From NCBI GenBank assembly GCA_039714075.1, contig JBDLKA010000002.1:37234-101233 (forward strand): 64,000 nucleotides of DNA. The letters run 5' to 3'. The position numbers and the translations under genes are program-made. The notes beneath the pieces were generated by a model. The model was not told the origin of the DNA and did no database searches. It saw nothing but the letters and a program-made list of their open reading frames with translations. Source of the stretch: Candidatus Krumholzibacteriota bacterium (GTDB lineage Bacteria; Krumholzibacteriota; Krumholzibacteriia; LZORAL124-64-63). Below, piece by piece: positions 10,031-20,548 of this stretch. Within the stretch, counting starts at the first letter, position 1. Every line of letters starts with the position of its first letter.

Positions 10031-12462
10031 TCAACCTGCTCGAGCGCGTGGCCGCCTGCGGGGATGCCGGCAACCGGATCCTGGGCCCGCGTGCGGGCGA
10101 ACTCCTGGAGTGGGACCGGGTCACCGATCAGATCGCCTCCTTCTGCCTGAACCGCCCTGCGTCCGGTATCATCCGCTCCCGCGCGCCCTACGCCGCCTTG
10201 GAATCCATCACCCTGCAGCATGCCCTGGCCGACGAGCTTCGCCCGGCCGGGGACACCGACCAATGGCCCCCTCTGGCCGAGGTCGGGTTGGCCCTGGACC
10301 TGGTCCGGCAGCCGCCCCCGGTGCGGCTGGAAGGGCCGGATCTGGTCCTGATCGCGGGGGTCGCCGAGCAGCTTGACCAGTTGCGCTCCTATTTCCTGGC
10401 CGACCGAGCCCAATTTGTCCTGTGGGGTGAAGCCGCGGTCCAGATGGCGGATTTCAGCGGCCTGTCCGGCGCCATCCGCCGGGCCCTGGACCGGGACGGC
10501 AGCATCCTGGACGGCGCCAGTCCCCTGCTGAGCCGCCTGCGCCGCTCGGTCGCCGGCCAGGAGCGGGCGGTGCGGCAGGAAGTCGGGCAGGCCATGAGCC
10601 GGGCCCGTTCCCAAGGGTGGACCACCGGCGACGAAGTGACTTTGCGGGGGGATCGCTTCTGCCTGCCCCTGCGTTCGGGTGACAGCCGCCGGATCGAGGG
10701 GATCATCCACGACCGGTCGTCATCGGGGGCCACCCTGTTTGTCGAACCGGCGGGCGTGGTCCGCCTGGCCAACGATTTGACGGCCACCCGTCTGGAAATC
10801 GCGGCCGAGGAGGCCCGCATCATTTTCGAGCTCAACCGGGCGGTCGAACAGGCTTCCGCGGCCCTGGACGATGCCTGTGAACTGATGGTCCTGCTGGACA
10901 CCGTGCGGGCGCCCATGCTGTGGAGCCGGCAGATCCGCGGCCGGCGGCCCGGTCTGTCGGACGCGGGGGAAATCAGGATCTGCGGGGGGCGCCATCCCCT
11001 GCTGATGGAAGCCCTGGGCGAGGGCGACCGCGCCGCGGGCCGGGAACTGGTGGTGCCCCTGGATCTGGAAATGCCAGCCGGGGCCGGCACCCTGGTCATC
11101 TCCGGGCCCAATGCGGGGGGCAAGTCGGTGGCCCTGAAATCGGTGGGGGTGTTTTGCCTGCTGGCCCAGTGCGGCTGGGATATTCCCGCCCGGGAAGACA
11201 CCATCCTGCCGGTGATCAGCCGCCTGCTGGTCGATCTGGGCGACGACCAGTCCATCGCCCAGTCGTTGAGCAGCTTTTCCGCCCATCTTCACCACCTGGG
11301 CCGCTTCATGGAGGAAGCCGGACCCGGGACGCTGGTGCTCTGTGATGAAATCGGCAGCGGCACCGATCCGCAGGAAGGCACGGCCCTGGCCTTCGCCACC
11401 CTGGCCAGGTTGACCGACAGCGGGGCCCTGGTCCTGGCCTCGACCCATTTCGGCCTGCTCAAGGCCGCGGTCCACGACCACCCCCGCATGGTCAACGCGG
11501 CCATGGATTACGACGAACGCGATCTGCGGCCCCTTTTCACCTTCCGCGTGGGCGATCCCGGCACCAGTCACGCGTTCGATATCGCGGCGCGGATGGGATT
11601 CCCGGCCGACCTTCTGGACCAGGCCCGCAGGATGGCCGGTGACGAAAGGGTCCAGATCGAAAATCTGCTCGCCGACCTGGATCGCCGGGCACGCGAATTG
11701 ACCACGGCCCAGAAGGAAGTGCTCAAGGAAACCGAACGGGCCCAGGTGCTGGGCCGGGAACTGGACGAGCGACTGCGCGGTGTGCGAAAGGAGCGCCGGG
11801 AACTGCTGGCCAAGGCCACCCGGGAGGCCGAGGATCTGGTACGGGACGGGCGCCGGGCCATCGAAGAGGCGGTGCGCCGGATCAAGTCCTCCGGCGCCGA
11901 CAGGACGGTGGTCAAGGCGGCGCGGGCTCAGCTGGAAAAGCTGGGCCGGCGGCTGGCCGCGGACCAGGAGGAAACCCCCGCTCCGGTTCGGGTCGAGCCG
12001 GGGCAGCGGGTGCGGATCCCCAATCTCGGCCTGATCGGCACGGTGGTCGAGGTGAGGGGGGACCGGATCCTGGCCACGGCCGACGGTCTGCGGTTGACGC
12101 TCGGTCCGGAAGCCGTACGGCCCCTGGATGATGGCGCTGGTGGCACAGGTCCCTCTGTTGAAACAACTTCGGCGGATCAGGCGGGTTCCTGGGCCTGGCA
12201 TGGTGATGTGTCGGGGGCGGACCCTGAAATCGACCTGCGCGGGGTGACCGGCGAAGAGGGCTGGGAGCGTCTGGACAAGCTCATCGACCGGGCCATTCCC
12301 GCCGGACTGGAAGTCATCAACGTGATTCACGGGTTCGGGACGGGCCGGTTGCGGGATCATCTCCACGACTGCCTGAAAAAGGATCCGCGGGTGGCCTCGT
12401 TCCGCGAAGCGGGGCCCGGGCAGGGAGGCGGTGGCGCGACCCGCGTGACCCTGGCTGGATGA
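10027..12462 (+). CDS. mutS2: Endonuclease MutS2
   Basis: HDRSSSGATLFVEP, Walker A SGPNAGGKS, DEIGSGTDPQEG, C-terminal Smr domain (IDLRG...IHGFGTGRLR...GGGGAT). Confidence 0.96.
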   Translation: MINLLERVAACGDAGNRILGPRAGELLEWDRVTDQIASFCLNRPASGIIRSRAPYAALESITLQHALADELRPAGDTDQWPPLAEVGLALDLVRQPPPVRLEGPDLVLIAGVAEQLDQLRSYFLADRAQFVLWGEAAVQMADFSGLSGAIRRALDRDGSILDGASPLLSRLRRSVAGQERAVRQEVGQAMSRARSQGWTTGDEVTLRGDRFCLPLRSGDSRRIEGIIHDRSSSGATLFVEPAGVVRLANDLTATRLEIAAEEARIIFELNRAVEQASAALDDACELMVLLDTVRAPMLWSRQIRGRRPGLSDAGEIRICGGRHPLLMEALGEGDRAAGRELVVPLDLEMPAGAGTLVISGPNAGGKSVALKSVGVFCLLAQCGWDIPAREDTILPVISRLLVDLGDDQSIAQSLSSFSAHLHHLGRFMEEAGPGTLVLCDEIGSGTDPQEGTALAFATLARLTDSGALVLASTHFGLLKAAVHDHPRMVNAAMDYDERDLRPLFTFRVGDPGTSHAFDIAARMGFPADLLDQARRMAGDERVQIENLLADLDRRARELTTAQKEVLKETERAQVLGRELDERLRGVRKERRELLAKATREAEDLVRDGRRAIEEAVRRIKSSGADRTVVKAARAQLEKLGRRLAADQEETPAPVRVEPGQRVRIPNLGLIGTVVEVRGDRILATADGLRLTLGPEAVRPLDDGAGGTGPSVETTSADQAGSWAWHGDVSGADPEIDLRGVTGEEGWERLDKLIDRAIPAGLEVINVIHGFGTGRLRDHLHDCLKKDPRVASFREAGPGQGGGGATRVTLAG

Positions 12463-12610
12463 CCTTATTCCCGCCCGTAAAAATCATCTCCCGGGAAAGT
12501 TGCCGATTCGGGGTGTTTGAACATATCTTAACAAGTTCCCGATGTCACCGTGTCCACGCCGTCTCGCCCACGGGGGAACCGATGCAGCAAGGTCTGGGGC
12601 TTAATACATA

Positions 12611-14443
12611 ATGGCACCCGTTTTTTCGCCCGACATCATCGCCCGGGTCAAGGATGAGACCGACATCGTCGAGGTGGTGCGGCAGCACGTCAGCCTCAAG
12701 CCCGCCGGTTCCGTCTACAAGGGGTTGTGCCCCTTTCACCGGGAAAAAACCCCCAGCTTCATCGTCACTCCCGCGCGCCAGCGGTACCACTGTTTCGGCT
12801 GCGCCACCGGCGGGGACGTCATCTCCTTTACCATGGAAGTCGAAGGCGTGACTTTTCCGGAGGCCGTGGAGATTCTCGCCCGGCCCCTGGACATCGACCT
12901 TTCCGCCTGGCTGAAGGATGACGATTCCGAGGGGGAAAGAAGGGCCTTCCACCGGGCCAACGAGGTGGCCATGACGCTGTGGCGGGACGCTTTCTGGGAT
13001 CCGCAGCTGGGCAAAGGCGCCTTGACCTATCTCCAGGACCGCGGTTTCAAGGACAAGGCTCTGCGGGATTTCGACGTCGGCTGGGCTCCGGGGGGATCGG
13101 ATTGGCTGGCGGCCGGATTGAAAAACGGGGGCGTGGATGCGGACCTGGCCCGGCAGGCGGACCTGATGCGTCCCAGTGACCGCGGCGGGGCTCCATTTGC
13201 CTATTTCCGCAGCCGGATTATATTTCCCATCAAGAACATTTCGCGGCAGGTGGCTGGTTTCGGCGGCAGGGTGATCGACCAGGGTGAACCGAAATACCTG
13301 AATTCCTCTGACAGTTCCTATTTCACCAAAGGAAAGCTTCTTTACGGTTTCGAAGCTTCCCGTATGGCGATCGCCCGTGAAAAATCCGCCATCCTCGTGG
13401 AAGGCTACCTGGACCTGTTGGCGCTGGCCCAGGTGGGTATCGTCAACGTGGTGGCCACCTGCGGCACCGCCTTCACCCCGGATCAGGCCCGGTTGATCCG
13501 GCGCGGAGCCAAAAACGTGGTTCTGCTTTTTGACGGCGACAAGGCGGGTTTGAAGGCGGCCGTGCGGTCGGCGGACATCGCGCTACAGATCGGTCTGGAG
13601 CCCAAGATCGTCAGTTTGCCCGGTGGCAAGGATCCTGCCGACGTCGTCATCGGTGACGGACCCGACGCCATGCACGAGGCCCTCAAAAGCGGCACCGGTT
13701 ACATCCCTTTTCTCAAGGGGTTGGCCGATGCCCGGGGTGGCGATCGGGAAGTGCGCGAAAGGGCCCTGCGCCAGGCGTTGGGAACGATTGCCCGCATTGA
13801 AGACGCCCTGCGCCGGGAGTACGTGCTGCAGGAAGCGGCCGAGACCTTCGGGCTGAAGGTCGGTCTGCTGCGCGAAGCGGTGGAAAAAGAAGCGGCCGCC
13901 GCGCGGCCCCGGTACAAATCGAATAGAGGACCCGGCCCCGGGGGTACTGCCCCTGTGTCGAGCCGGGATGATGATAGTGACCAGGCCGGGAGTGGACCCG
14001 GCTCCGACGAGGTGACCGCAAACGTCAAGCGCCGCACCGGACCTCAGGTCAGGCGCTCTTTGGCCACAGTCAACGCGGAACCCATCGAAGCCGACATGCT
14101 CTCACATATCCTGATGGACGACTCGGGTGAGGCCGCCCGGGTTTTTCTGGCTGAACGCGGCGACCTGGAACTCAGCCGGCCCGAAGCCCGTTTCCTGGTG
14201 GACGAACTGTCCGCCTGGGGCGCGGACCGGAATGCGGGTCGCTCGCCGCGGGACTTTGTCCTGGACCGGTGGAACTCCTCCGGCGACAAGGTGTACCGTG
14301 ACTTCGTCAGCCAGCTGATCAACAAGGAGGACCGCCCGGACAGCACCGATTTCATCAAGGTCATCAGGGATTGTCTCGGCACGCTCAGGCGGAATCTGAA
14401 GCTGGCCGAGGCCCGACGGGGTTCAGTGCACACGGGGGAATAA
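12611..14443 (+). CDS. dnaG: DNA primase
   Basis: CHC2 zinc finger (CPFH...HCFGC), FGGR, PKYLNS, TOPRIM VEGYLD and FDGDKAG. Confidence 0.98.
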   Translation: MAPVFSPDIIARVKDETDIVEVVRQHVSLKPAGSVYKGLCPFHREKTPSFIVTPARQRYHCFGCATGGDVISFTMEVEGVTFPEAVEILARPLDIDLSAWLKDDDSEGERRAFHRANEVAMTLWRDAFWDPQLGKGALTYLQDRGFKDKALRDFDVGWAPGGSDWLAAGLKNGGVDADLARQADLMRPSDRGGAPFAYFRSRIIFPIKNISRQVAGFGGRVIDQGEPKYLNSSDSSYFTKGKLLYGFEASRMAIAREKSAILVEGYLDLLALAQVGIVNVVATCGTAFTPDQARLIRRGAKNVVLLFDGDKAGLKAAVRSADIALQIGLEPKIVSLPGGKDPADVVIGDGPDAMHEALKSGTGYIPFLKGLADARGGDREVRERALRQALGTIARIEDALRREYVLQEAAETFGLKVGLLREAVEKEAAAARPRYKSNRGPGPGGTAPVSSRDDDSDQAGSGPGSDEVTANVKRRTGPQVRRSLATVNAEPIEADMLSHILMDDSGEAARVFLAERGDLELSRPEARFLVDELSAWGADRNAGRSPRDFVLDRWNSSGDKVYRDFVSQLINKEDRPDSTDFIKVIRDCLGTLRRNLKLAEARRGSVHTGE

Positions 14444-14450
14444 GGTTCAT

Positions 14451-16172
14451 ATGGGTACCAAGAAATTCAATGCGATCATCAGCAAGATTCGCAAGGAGGC
14501 GACCGCCAAGGGCGGTTACATCCTGCATGGTCAGATCAACGACATGCTCGGCAGCGAATTCGACATGGACAAGATCGAACGGATCTACGAGAAGCTCGGC
14601 GAGCTTCAGATCGACTATTACGACTCCGAGGCCGAGGCCAAGGAGAAGATGTCCCGGCGCAAGAAGAAGGAAAAGAAGAAGATCGCCGCCGCTCGCAAGG
14701 TTTCGCGGACCAACGTCAAGTACGACGACCCGGTCCGCATGTACCTGCGGGAAATGGGTCGGGTGCCCCTGCTGACCAGGCAGGGCGAGGTCAACCTGGC
14801 GCGCCGCATGGAAGACGGGCGCATCGCCATCATCGAAGCCACGCTTCGCTCCCGCCACGCCCTGGGCGAACTGCGCCAGACCGCCAGCCAGATGCTGGCC
14901 GAAGCCATCCATGTCGACGAGGTTATCCAGCACGACACCAGCACCTGGAACGTGCACCTTTCGGCGAAGAAGGAAGCCAAGCGGATCCTGCGGGCCCTGG
15001 ACAGGATCGAAACCTGGCAGAAGGAGATGGGGGAGGAGAAAGTCGAGCTGGAGACCTGCACCAACGCCAACCGCTCGGCCACCCTGACCCGCATGATCCA
15101 GACCCGGGAGAAGAAGATCCTCGAATGCTTCATGGATCTTCACCTCGCCCCGGCCCAGGTGGAACAGCTGGCGAACAAGCTCATCCTCGTCCACTCCAAG
15201 GTGTGCGACCTGCAGGCCAGGGTCTCGCTGGCCGAAGAGGATGTCGGCGTTCCTTTCGTGGACATGAGCTCGGCCCTGAAGAGTAAAAGCATCAAGAAGG
15301 GCCGGAAGGAAAACATCCAGGAAGCCTATCAGGTCATCCGCAGCATGCGGAAAAGGGTGCAGGACATCGAGCGGGAAATCGGTCTGACCAGCGACCGTCT
15401 CAGCCTGATCGGCAACGAGATCGTGATGGGCAAACAGCAGGTGGACACCGCCCAGCGCGAGATGATCGAGGCCAACGTGCGGCTGGTGATCAGCATCGCC
15501 AAGCGGTACACCAACCGCGGCCTGGAATTCCTGGACCTGATCCAGGAGGGTAACAGCGGCCTGATGCGCGCGGTCGAGAAGTTCGACTACCGCAAGGGCT
15601 ACAAGTTCTCGACCTACGCCACCTGGTGGATCCGGCAGGCCATCACCCGAGCCATCGCCGACCAGGCGCGCACCATCCGCGTGCCCGTGCACATGATCGA
15701 GGCCATCAACAAGGTGAACCGGGCCAACCGGCAGCTGCTGCAGGAACTGGGCCGGGATCCCAAGCCCGAGGAAGTGGCGACCTTCCTGGAGATGCCCCTG
15801 GAAAAAGTGCAGGGTGTGCTGCAGGCGTCCATGGAACCGGTCAGCCTGGACCGGCCGATCGGGGAGGACGAGGACAGCAACCTGAGCGACTTCATCGAGG
15901 ACGACAGCGCGCCCTCGCCGGCGCGGATGGCGGCCCACAGCATGCTCAAGGACCAGATGCAGCGGGTGCTCAGCACCCTGACCCGCCGCGAGGAAAAGGT
16001 CATCCGCCTGCGGTTCGGCCTGGGCGACGGGACCCCGCGGACCCTGGAGGAGGTCGGCACCATCTTCAAGGTGACGCGTGAAAGGGTCAGGCAGATCGAG
16101 GCCAAGGCCCTGCGCAAGCTGCGCCACCCCAGCCGGAGCCGTAAGCTCAAGGGTTATGGGGAAATGGTTTGA
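14451..16172 (+). CDS. rpoD: RNA polymerase primary sigma factor RpoD
   Basis: [61 protein letters not shown]; follows dnaG. Confidence 0.99.
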   Translation: MGTKKFNAIISKIRKEATAKGGYILHGQINDMLGSEFDMDKIERIYEKLGELQIDYYDSEAEAKEKMSRRKKKEKKKIAAARKVSRTNVKYDDPVRMYLREMGRVPLLTRQGEVNLARRMEDGRIAIIEATLRSRHALGELRQTASQMLAEAIHVDEVIQHDTSTWNVHLSAKKEAKRILRALDRIETWQKEMGEEKVELETCTNANRSATLTRMIQTREKKILECFMDLHLAPAQVEQLANKLILVHSKVCDLQARVSLAEEDVGVPFVDMSSALKSKSIKKGRKENIQEAYQVIRSMRKRVQDIEREIGLTSDRLSLIGNEIVMGKQQVDTAQREMIEANVRLVISIAKRYTNRGLEFLDLIQEGNSGLMRAVEKFDYRKGYKFSTYATWWIRQAITRAIADQARTIRVPVHMIEAINKVNRANRQLLQELGRDPKPEEVATFLEMPLEKVQGVLQASMEPVSLDRPIGEDEDSNLSDFIEDDSAPSPARMAAHSMLKDQMQRVLSTLTRREEKVIRLRFGLGDGTPRTLEEVGTIFKVTRERVRQIEAKALRKLRHPSRSRKLKGYGEMV

Positions 16173-16197
16173 CCCGAATTGAAGGATCCATTATCTT
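16169..16197 (+). promoter_or_regulatory. Putative sigma70 promoter of the tRNA pair
   Basis: TTGACC - 17 nt - TATCTT, about 30 nt upstream of the first tRNA. Confidence 0.6.
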
Positions 16198-16228
16198 GCC
16201 GGTCCCGGTCCTGGGGTAGGCGGTATTT

Positions 16229-16305
16229 GGGCCCATAGCTCAGTTGGTTAGAGCAACCGGCTCATAACCGGTCGGTCCCTGGTTCAAGTCCAGGTGGGCC
16301 CACCA
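16229..16305 (+). tRNA. tRNA with CAT anticodon, most likely tRNA-Ile2 (lysidine-modified); not initiator
   Basis: Full cloverleaf: acceptor GGGCCCA/TGGGCCC, anticodon stem ACCGG/CCGGT with loop CTCATAA, TTCAAGT T-loop, encoded CCA. G1-C72 paired, so not initiator. Ile2 versus elongator Met is inferred from resemblance to known Ile2 tRNAs and position after rpoD. Confidence 0.95.
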
Positions 16306-16366
16306 AGAACCGTTGGGTCAGGTTCGATGGCCCCGGGCCGAGGGCCACGCGGTCAAGAAAACGGAT

Positions 16367-16443
16367 GGGCGATTAGCTCAGCTGGCTAGAGCGCTCGCCT
16401 CACACGCGAGAGGTCACTGGTTCAAGTCCAGTATCGCCCACCA
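16367..16443 (+). tRNA. tRNA-Val(CAC)
   Basis: Cloverleaf: GGGCGAT/ATCGCCC acceptor, CTCGC-CTCACAC-GCGAG anticodon arm, TTCAAGT T-loop, CCA end. Confidence 0.97.
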
Positions 16444-16507
16444 CCCGTTTTTTCACTCCCGCCGGCGGGGGACCCCGGAATTGTGGAGACAGGCAAAAGG
16501 CGGGCAG

Positions 16508-16530
16508 GGTGCATCGGCACCTTTTTTTTT
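16508..16530 (+). terminator. Rho-independent terminator after the tRNA pair
   Basis: GGTGC-ATCG-GCACC hairpin followed by T9. Confidence 0.75.
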
Positions 16531-16625
16531 GTCCGTTTCAGCCCGGGTGCGCGCCGGCCGGGGAATTCTGTGCATGACTTGGCGCCCGTTGATGTTAGAA
16601 TCACGGGGTACCGGGGAGGTTCTCT

Positions 16626-17339
16626 TTGGATCCGATGGTCATGCTCAATCTCATGGTGGAACTGGCCGGGCTCGAGGAAGAGTTGGCCGCCGCCAGGGCC
16701 ACGATCGCCCATCACGGACGGCGTGACCGGCATTTGCGCTCCCTGCAGGATGAATACGTGGCCGATGCGGAAAACGCCGCGGCCGCCGAGAAGGGAGCCG
16801 AGGTCGATCTGCGCCGCACCGAGGGCCGGATTCGGGATGTCGAGTCCGCTCTGGCCCGGAAGCGGGCCCAGGTCGGGGCCGTGGGCGACCCCCGCCAGTA
16901 CCGGGCCCTGCAGGACGAAATCGGAAACCTGGAAGCGGAACTGGACCGGTTGGAAACTTCCGGGCTCGAACTATTGGACGATGTCCGGCGCAAGGATACC
17001 GCCGCCGGGGAAGCCCGCCGGGATCGTGACGCCCAGGAATCGCGCGGCACCGAGGAACTGGATCAGATGCGGCGCGAGATGGAGATGGCCCGGGCCGCCG
17101 AAGAGGAAATCGTCCAGGAGATCGACCGTCTGACCGGACTCTTGCCCGACGTCGAGAGCCGCCACGTCAAGCGGCTGATGGCCAACCTGCCCCAGGCGGT
17201 GGTTCGTGTCCAGTCGGGGGCCTGCGGAGGTTGCTTCAGCCAGTTGCCGGCCCAGCAGGCCATCGACGCCGAACAGGGCAAGGCGCTGGTTCGTTGCGGC
17301 TCCTGTTCCCGTTACGTGGTTCGCAAATCCTGGAAATAA
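16626..17339 (+). CDS. Coiled-coil protein with C4 zinc ribbon (DUF164/CT398-like)
   Basis: Long coiled coil, C-terminal CGGC...CGSC; TTG start after GGAGG; zinc ribbon-RNase H-rnpB synteny. Confidence 0.85.
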   Translation: MDPMVMLNLMVELAGLEEELAAARATIAHHGRRDRHLRSLQDEYVADAENAAAAEKGAEVDLRRTEGRIRDVESALARKRAQVGAVGDPRQYRALQDEIGNLEAELDRLETSGLELLDDVRRKDTAAGEARRDRDAQESRGTEELDQMRREMEMARAAEEEIVQEIDRLTGLLPDVESRHVKRLMANLPQAVVRVQSGACGGCFSQLPAQQAIDAEQGKALVRCGSCSRYVVRKSWK

Positions 17340-17380
17340 AACCGTGTTCGATGACCGGAAACCGAAGGAATGACACCCCG

Positions 17381-18082
17381 ATGGCCACTCGCAAACCGGA
17401 AACACTGACCGAACTTTTGAAAACCCTCGAACGCAGCGGCGACCTGCGCTCGTTGGCGCGCGAATGCGGCCTTTCGGTACGGGAGCTGAGACGTCGTCTG
17501 TCGATCTGGCGGCGGGAACTCAACGACACCGAGGAGATCGTCGCGGCAGCCGGGAATGCGGGGGAGGATGTCGGGAAAGCCCGGGCTCCCAAGGGCTTGG
17601 GACGGAAAAAGGCCGGTGCCGATGAATGGCCCGAGCTGCCGGCCGCGGGTGATCTGGCCCAGAGTCCCCTGCCGAAGCGGGGGCGGCCGGTCCTGGAAAT
17701 CTTCACCGACGGAGCCAGCCGGGGCAACCCGGGCCCGGCGTCCATCGGGGTCGTCTTCAAACTGAAGGACGGGGTGGAGATCGCCGAGCACTGCGAGGCC
17801 ATCGGGCGGGCCACCAACAACGTGGCCGAATACCGGGCCGTGGTCGCCGCCCTGGAACATTGCCTGCGCTGGAAGGTGAAAAGGGTCCATCTGAACATGG
17901 ACAGCGAACTCATTGCCCGCCAGCTGCACGGCACCTACCGGGTGAAAAGCCCGGATCTGCGTCCCCTCTATCAGCAAGTCGTGTTCCTGAGCAAGGGGCT
18001 GGAGGAATTCCAGGTCAAGCACATCAAGCGGGGCAAGAACACCCACGCCGACGCCGTGGCCAACAGGGCGCTGGACCAGTGA
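17381..18082 (+). CDS. Ribonuclease HI family protein with N-terminal extension
   Basis: FTDGASRGNPGPA, ATNNVAEY, MDSELI, NTHADAVAN acidic catalytic motifs; about 100 aa extra N-terminal region. Confidence 0.9.
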   Translation: MATRKPETLTELLKTLERSGDLRSLARECGLSVRELRRRLSIWRRELNDTEEIVAAAGNAGEDVGKARAPKGLGRKKAGADEWPELPAAGDLAQSPLPKRGRPVLEIFTDGASRGNPGPASIGVVFKLKDGVEIAEHCEAIGRATNNVAEYRAVVAALEHCLRWKVKRVHLNMDSELIARQLHGTYRVKSPDLRPLYQQVVFLSKGLEEFQVKHIKRGKNTHADAVANRALDQ

Positions 18083-18151
18083 GATGACGCGGCCGGGCCG
18101 CCCGCCTTGGCCCGGAACAGGATAGGGACCTGGTAACCCGCACGAAATCCT

Positions 18152-18180
18152 GTGACAAGGACCTTGAATCAGTCTATCAT
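18152..18180 (+). promoter_or_regulatory. Putative sigma70 promoter of rnpB
   Basis: GTGACA - 17 nt - TATCAT; predicted start falls at the P1 5' end (about 18187). Confidence 0.65.
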
Positions 18181-18186
18181 GGCAGG

Positions 18187-18588
18187 GTGAGAAGTCGGGG
18201 AGGCAGTCGCGTACCTCCCAAATCCATGATTCGGGAGGTCCGAGGAAAGTCCGAGCTCCACAGGGCAGGGTGCTGGCTAACGGCCAGGGGGAGTGATCCC
18301 ACGGAAAGTGCCACAGAAAATATACCGCCGTGGGCCGGATCCGTCCGGAGCGCGGTAAGGGTGAAATGGTGAGGTAAGAGCTCACCGCGCTTCTGGTGAC
18401 AGAAGCGGCACGGTAAACCCCACCTGGAGCAAGACCAAATAGCGGAGGATGAGGCGGCCCGCCTCGCCATACTCCCGGGTAGGTCGCTCGAGGCCGTCGG
18501 TAACGACGGTCCCAGATACATGACTGTCGCCGCTTCTTTCCCCGGAAAGGGGTTGGCAACAGGACTCGGCTTATGACCGGCTTCTCAC
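18187..18588 (+). ncRNA. rnpB: RNase P RNA, bacterial type A
   Basis: GAGGAAAGTCCGAGC, GGAAAGTGCCACAGAAAA, GGGTGAAA...GGTAAGAGC, GGTAAACCCC...GAGCAAG, ACAGGACTCGGCTTA; P1 pairing GTGAGAAGTCGG/CCGGCTTCTCAC. Confidence 0.97.
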
Positions 18589-18670
18589 GTCAAACCGCAG
18601 AATTCGGACTTTTACCGGAAGGTCGCTTCGGCCCCGGTATGTCCGGACCGCCGATGGTTACGCGGAAGGC

Positions 18671-20548
18671 GTGAATTTTTTGAACCAACCACCCGACAGT
18701 TCCCGCCCCTCCGGCATCCTTTCCGGACGGCCCTGGAGTTCGAATTCCACCGTATCCGACGACATCGTGACCAGGATTCGGCGCGAGGTTCCGCTGGATT
18801 TTCAGGTTTCGGATTGCCTGTTGCAGGTTCTGGCCGGACGGGGTGTCACGGAAAACCACGATCTGGAACGTTTTTTCTATCCTTCCCTGGACCACCTCCA
18901 CGACCCCTTCCTGTTGCTGGAAATGGACCGTGCCGTCGAGCGCATGTTCACCGCGGCGCGCGATGGCGAGAGGGTGGCCGTCCACGGGGATTTCGACGTG
19001 GACGGAATCACCGGCAGCGCCCTTTTGTATGAGACCATTTCCGCACTGTCGGTGGACGGATCCCGGGTCCAGCCCGAAGACGCCTTCATTCCCGACCGCG
19101 CCACCGACGGATACGGCGTGGCCAGCCGCATGGTGCGAGAGTGGGCGGGCCGTGGCGTCACCCTGCTGATCACCGTTGATACCGGAACCGCCGCGGTGGA
19201 GGAAATCTCGCTGGCCCGGGACCTGGGGATGGACGTCATCGTCCTGGACCACCACATCTTCGAAACACGTCCGCCGGCCACGGCCCTGGTCAATCCACGC
19301 CGGGAAGGGGCGACCTATCCCAACGATGAGCTTTGCGGGGTGGCGGTCGCCTTCAAATTTGCCCAGGCGCTCAAGCTGAAGGATCCGGCCTGCCTGCCCG
19401 ACGGTTTGCTGGGCAGCGTCCTGGACCTGGTGGCATTGGGACTGGTTGCCGATCAGATGGCGCTGGTCGGGGAAAACAGGATCCTGGTCAAGAAGGGCCT
19501 GGAAAAATTCAACGACCGCGCCAACATCCGGCCGGGGCTGGCGGCGCTGCTGGCGGTCAGCGGCCTGGACCGCGGTTTCCCCGTGACCACCGGCGATTTC
19601 GCCTACCAGCTGGCCCCGCGGATCAACGCCTGCGGGCGTATCGGACGGGTCATGTCGGCCCTGGAGCTTCTGCTGACCCGGGACCCGGCGACCGCCCGTA
19701 CCCTGGCCGAAGAGGCGGACCGGACGAACACCCGGCGCAAGGAACAGGATCTCCTGCTGAAGGAGGAGGCCATCGACATGGCCCTGCCGTTCGTGCGCCG
19801 CGGCGACCCCGGCCTCGTCCTGGCGTCCTCTTCCTGGCACAAGGGCATCATCGGCATCGGCGCCGCCCGGCTGGTGGAGCAATACCAGTTGCCCGTGATC
19901 CTGATCGCCGAAGAGGGCGGCGAAGCCCGTGGTTCGGCGCGCAGCGTGCCCAACGTGGACGTGAAGTCGGTACTGGACCGCTGTTCCGAACATCTGGTAC
20001 GCCACGGGGGGCATGCCCAGGCCGCGGGCATGACTCTGCGGTCCCGGGACATCGATGTCTTTCGCGCGGCCTTCATCGAACAACTCCTGGCCGAACCGCA
20101 TTCCGGCCCCCTGCCGGAGGGATACGACCTGGACCTGTGCCTGGACGGCATGGGCTCGAAGGAAGTTGCACGGCTGGTGGGCGAGTTGGAGCATCTGGAG
20201 CCCTTCGGGTCCGGCAACCGCAAACCCATCTTCCTGTGCGAGGGACTGCAGCTGCAGAAACCGCCCATGTATCTCAGCGGGGGAGCCCACCTGCGCTTCG
20301 CTTTCCGCGGCCCCGCCCGCGGGAACGGCAACGACACGCCGGCCCTGAGCCGCGAATTCGTTTCCTTCGGCAGCGGCGACGCCTGGCGCCGAATGGTGGC
20401 CGAGAACAAAATGCAGGCCCGGGATCTGCTGGACCGCCGTTGGGACATCCTGTTCCAGATCGGCCGCAGCACCTTCCGGCCCCGCAACGGCAACTATGAC
20501 CCCGTGCAGCAGCTCCTGGTGGATATCCGGCCGGCGGTGAAGCAATGA
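18671..20548 (+). CDS. recJ: Single-stranded-DNA exonuclease RecJ
   Basis: HGDFDVDG, DGYG, TVDTG, DHH, LAPRINACGR, RGSARS, GGHAQAAG, EPFGSGN; exact start uncertain. Confidence 0.96.
   Translation: MNFLNQPPDSSRPSGILSGRPWSSNSTVSDDIVTRIRREVPLDFQVSDCLLQVLAGRGVTENHDLERFFYPSLDHLHDPFLLLEMDRAVERMFTAARDGERVAVHGDFDVDGITGSALLYETISALSVDGSRVQPEDAFIPDRATDGYGVASRMVREWAGRGVTLLITVDTGTAAVEEISLARDLGMDVIVLDHHIFETRPPATALVNPRREGATYPNDELCGVAVAFKFAQALKLKDPACLPDGLLGSVLDLVALGLVADQMALVGENRILVKKGLEKFNDRANIRPGLAALLAVSGLDRGFPVTTGDFAYQLAPRINACGRIGRVMSALELLLTRDPATARTLAEEADRTNTRRKEQDLLLKEEAIDMALPFVRRGDPGLVLASSSWHKGIIGIGAARLVEQYQLPVILIAEEGGEARGSARSVPNVDVKSVLDRCSEHLVRHGGHAQAAGMTLRSRDIDVFRAAFIEQLLAEPHSGPLPEGYDLDLCLDGMGSKEVARLVGELEHLEPFGSGNRKPIFLCEGLQLQKPPMYLSGGAHLRFAFRGPARGNGNDTPALSREFVSFGSGDAWRRMVAENKMQARDLLDRRWDILFQIGRSTFRPRNGNYDPVQQLLVDIRPAVKQ

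Noticed and set aside
16306..16366. GGTTCGA in the spacer between the tRNAs, a possible tRNA remnant or att site
   Set aside because: No cloverleaf, no duplicated tRNA 3' end and no integrase in the window.
16444..16507. GC-rich stems with GGCAAA after tRNA-Val, a possible c-di-GMP riboswitch or sRNA
   Set aside because: Lacks the GEMM two-hairpin architecture; more simply a tRNA trailer before the terminator.
18177..18521. ORFs overlapping rnpB, and 16313-16726 overlapping tRNA-Val
   Set aside because: The sequence is fully explained by the structural RNAs.
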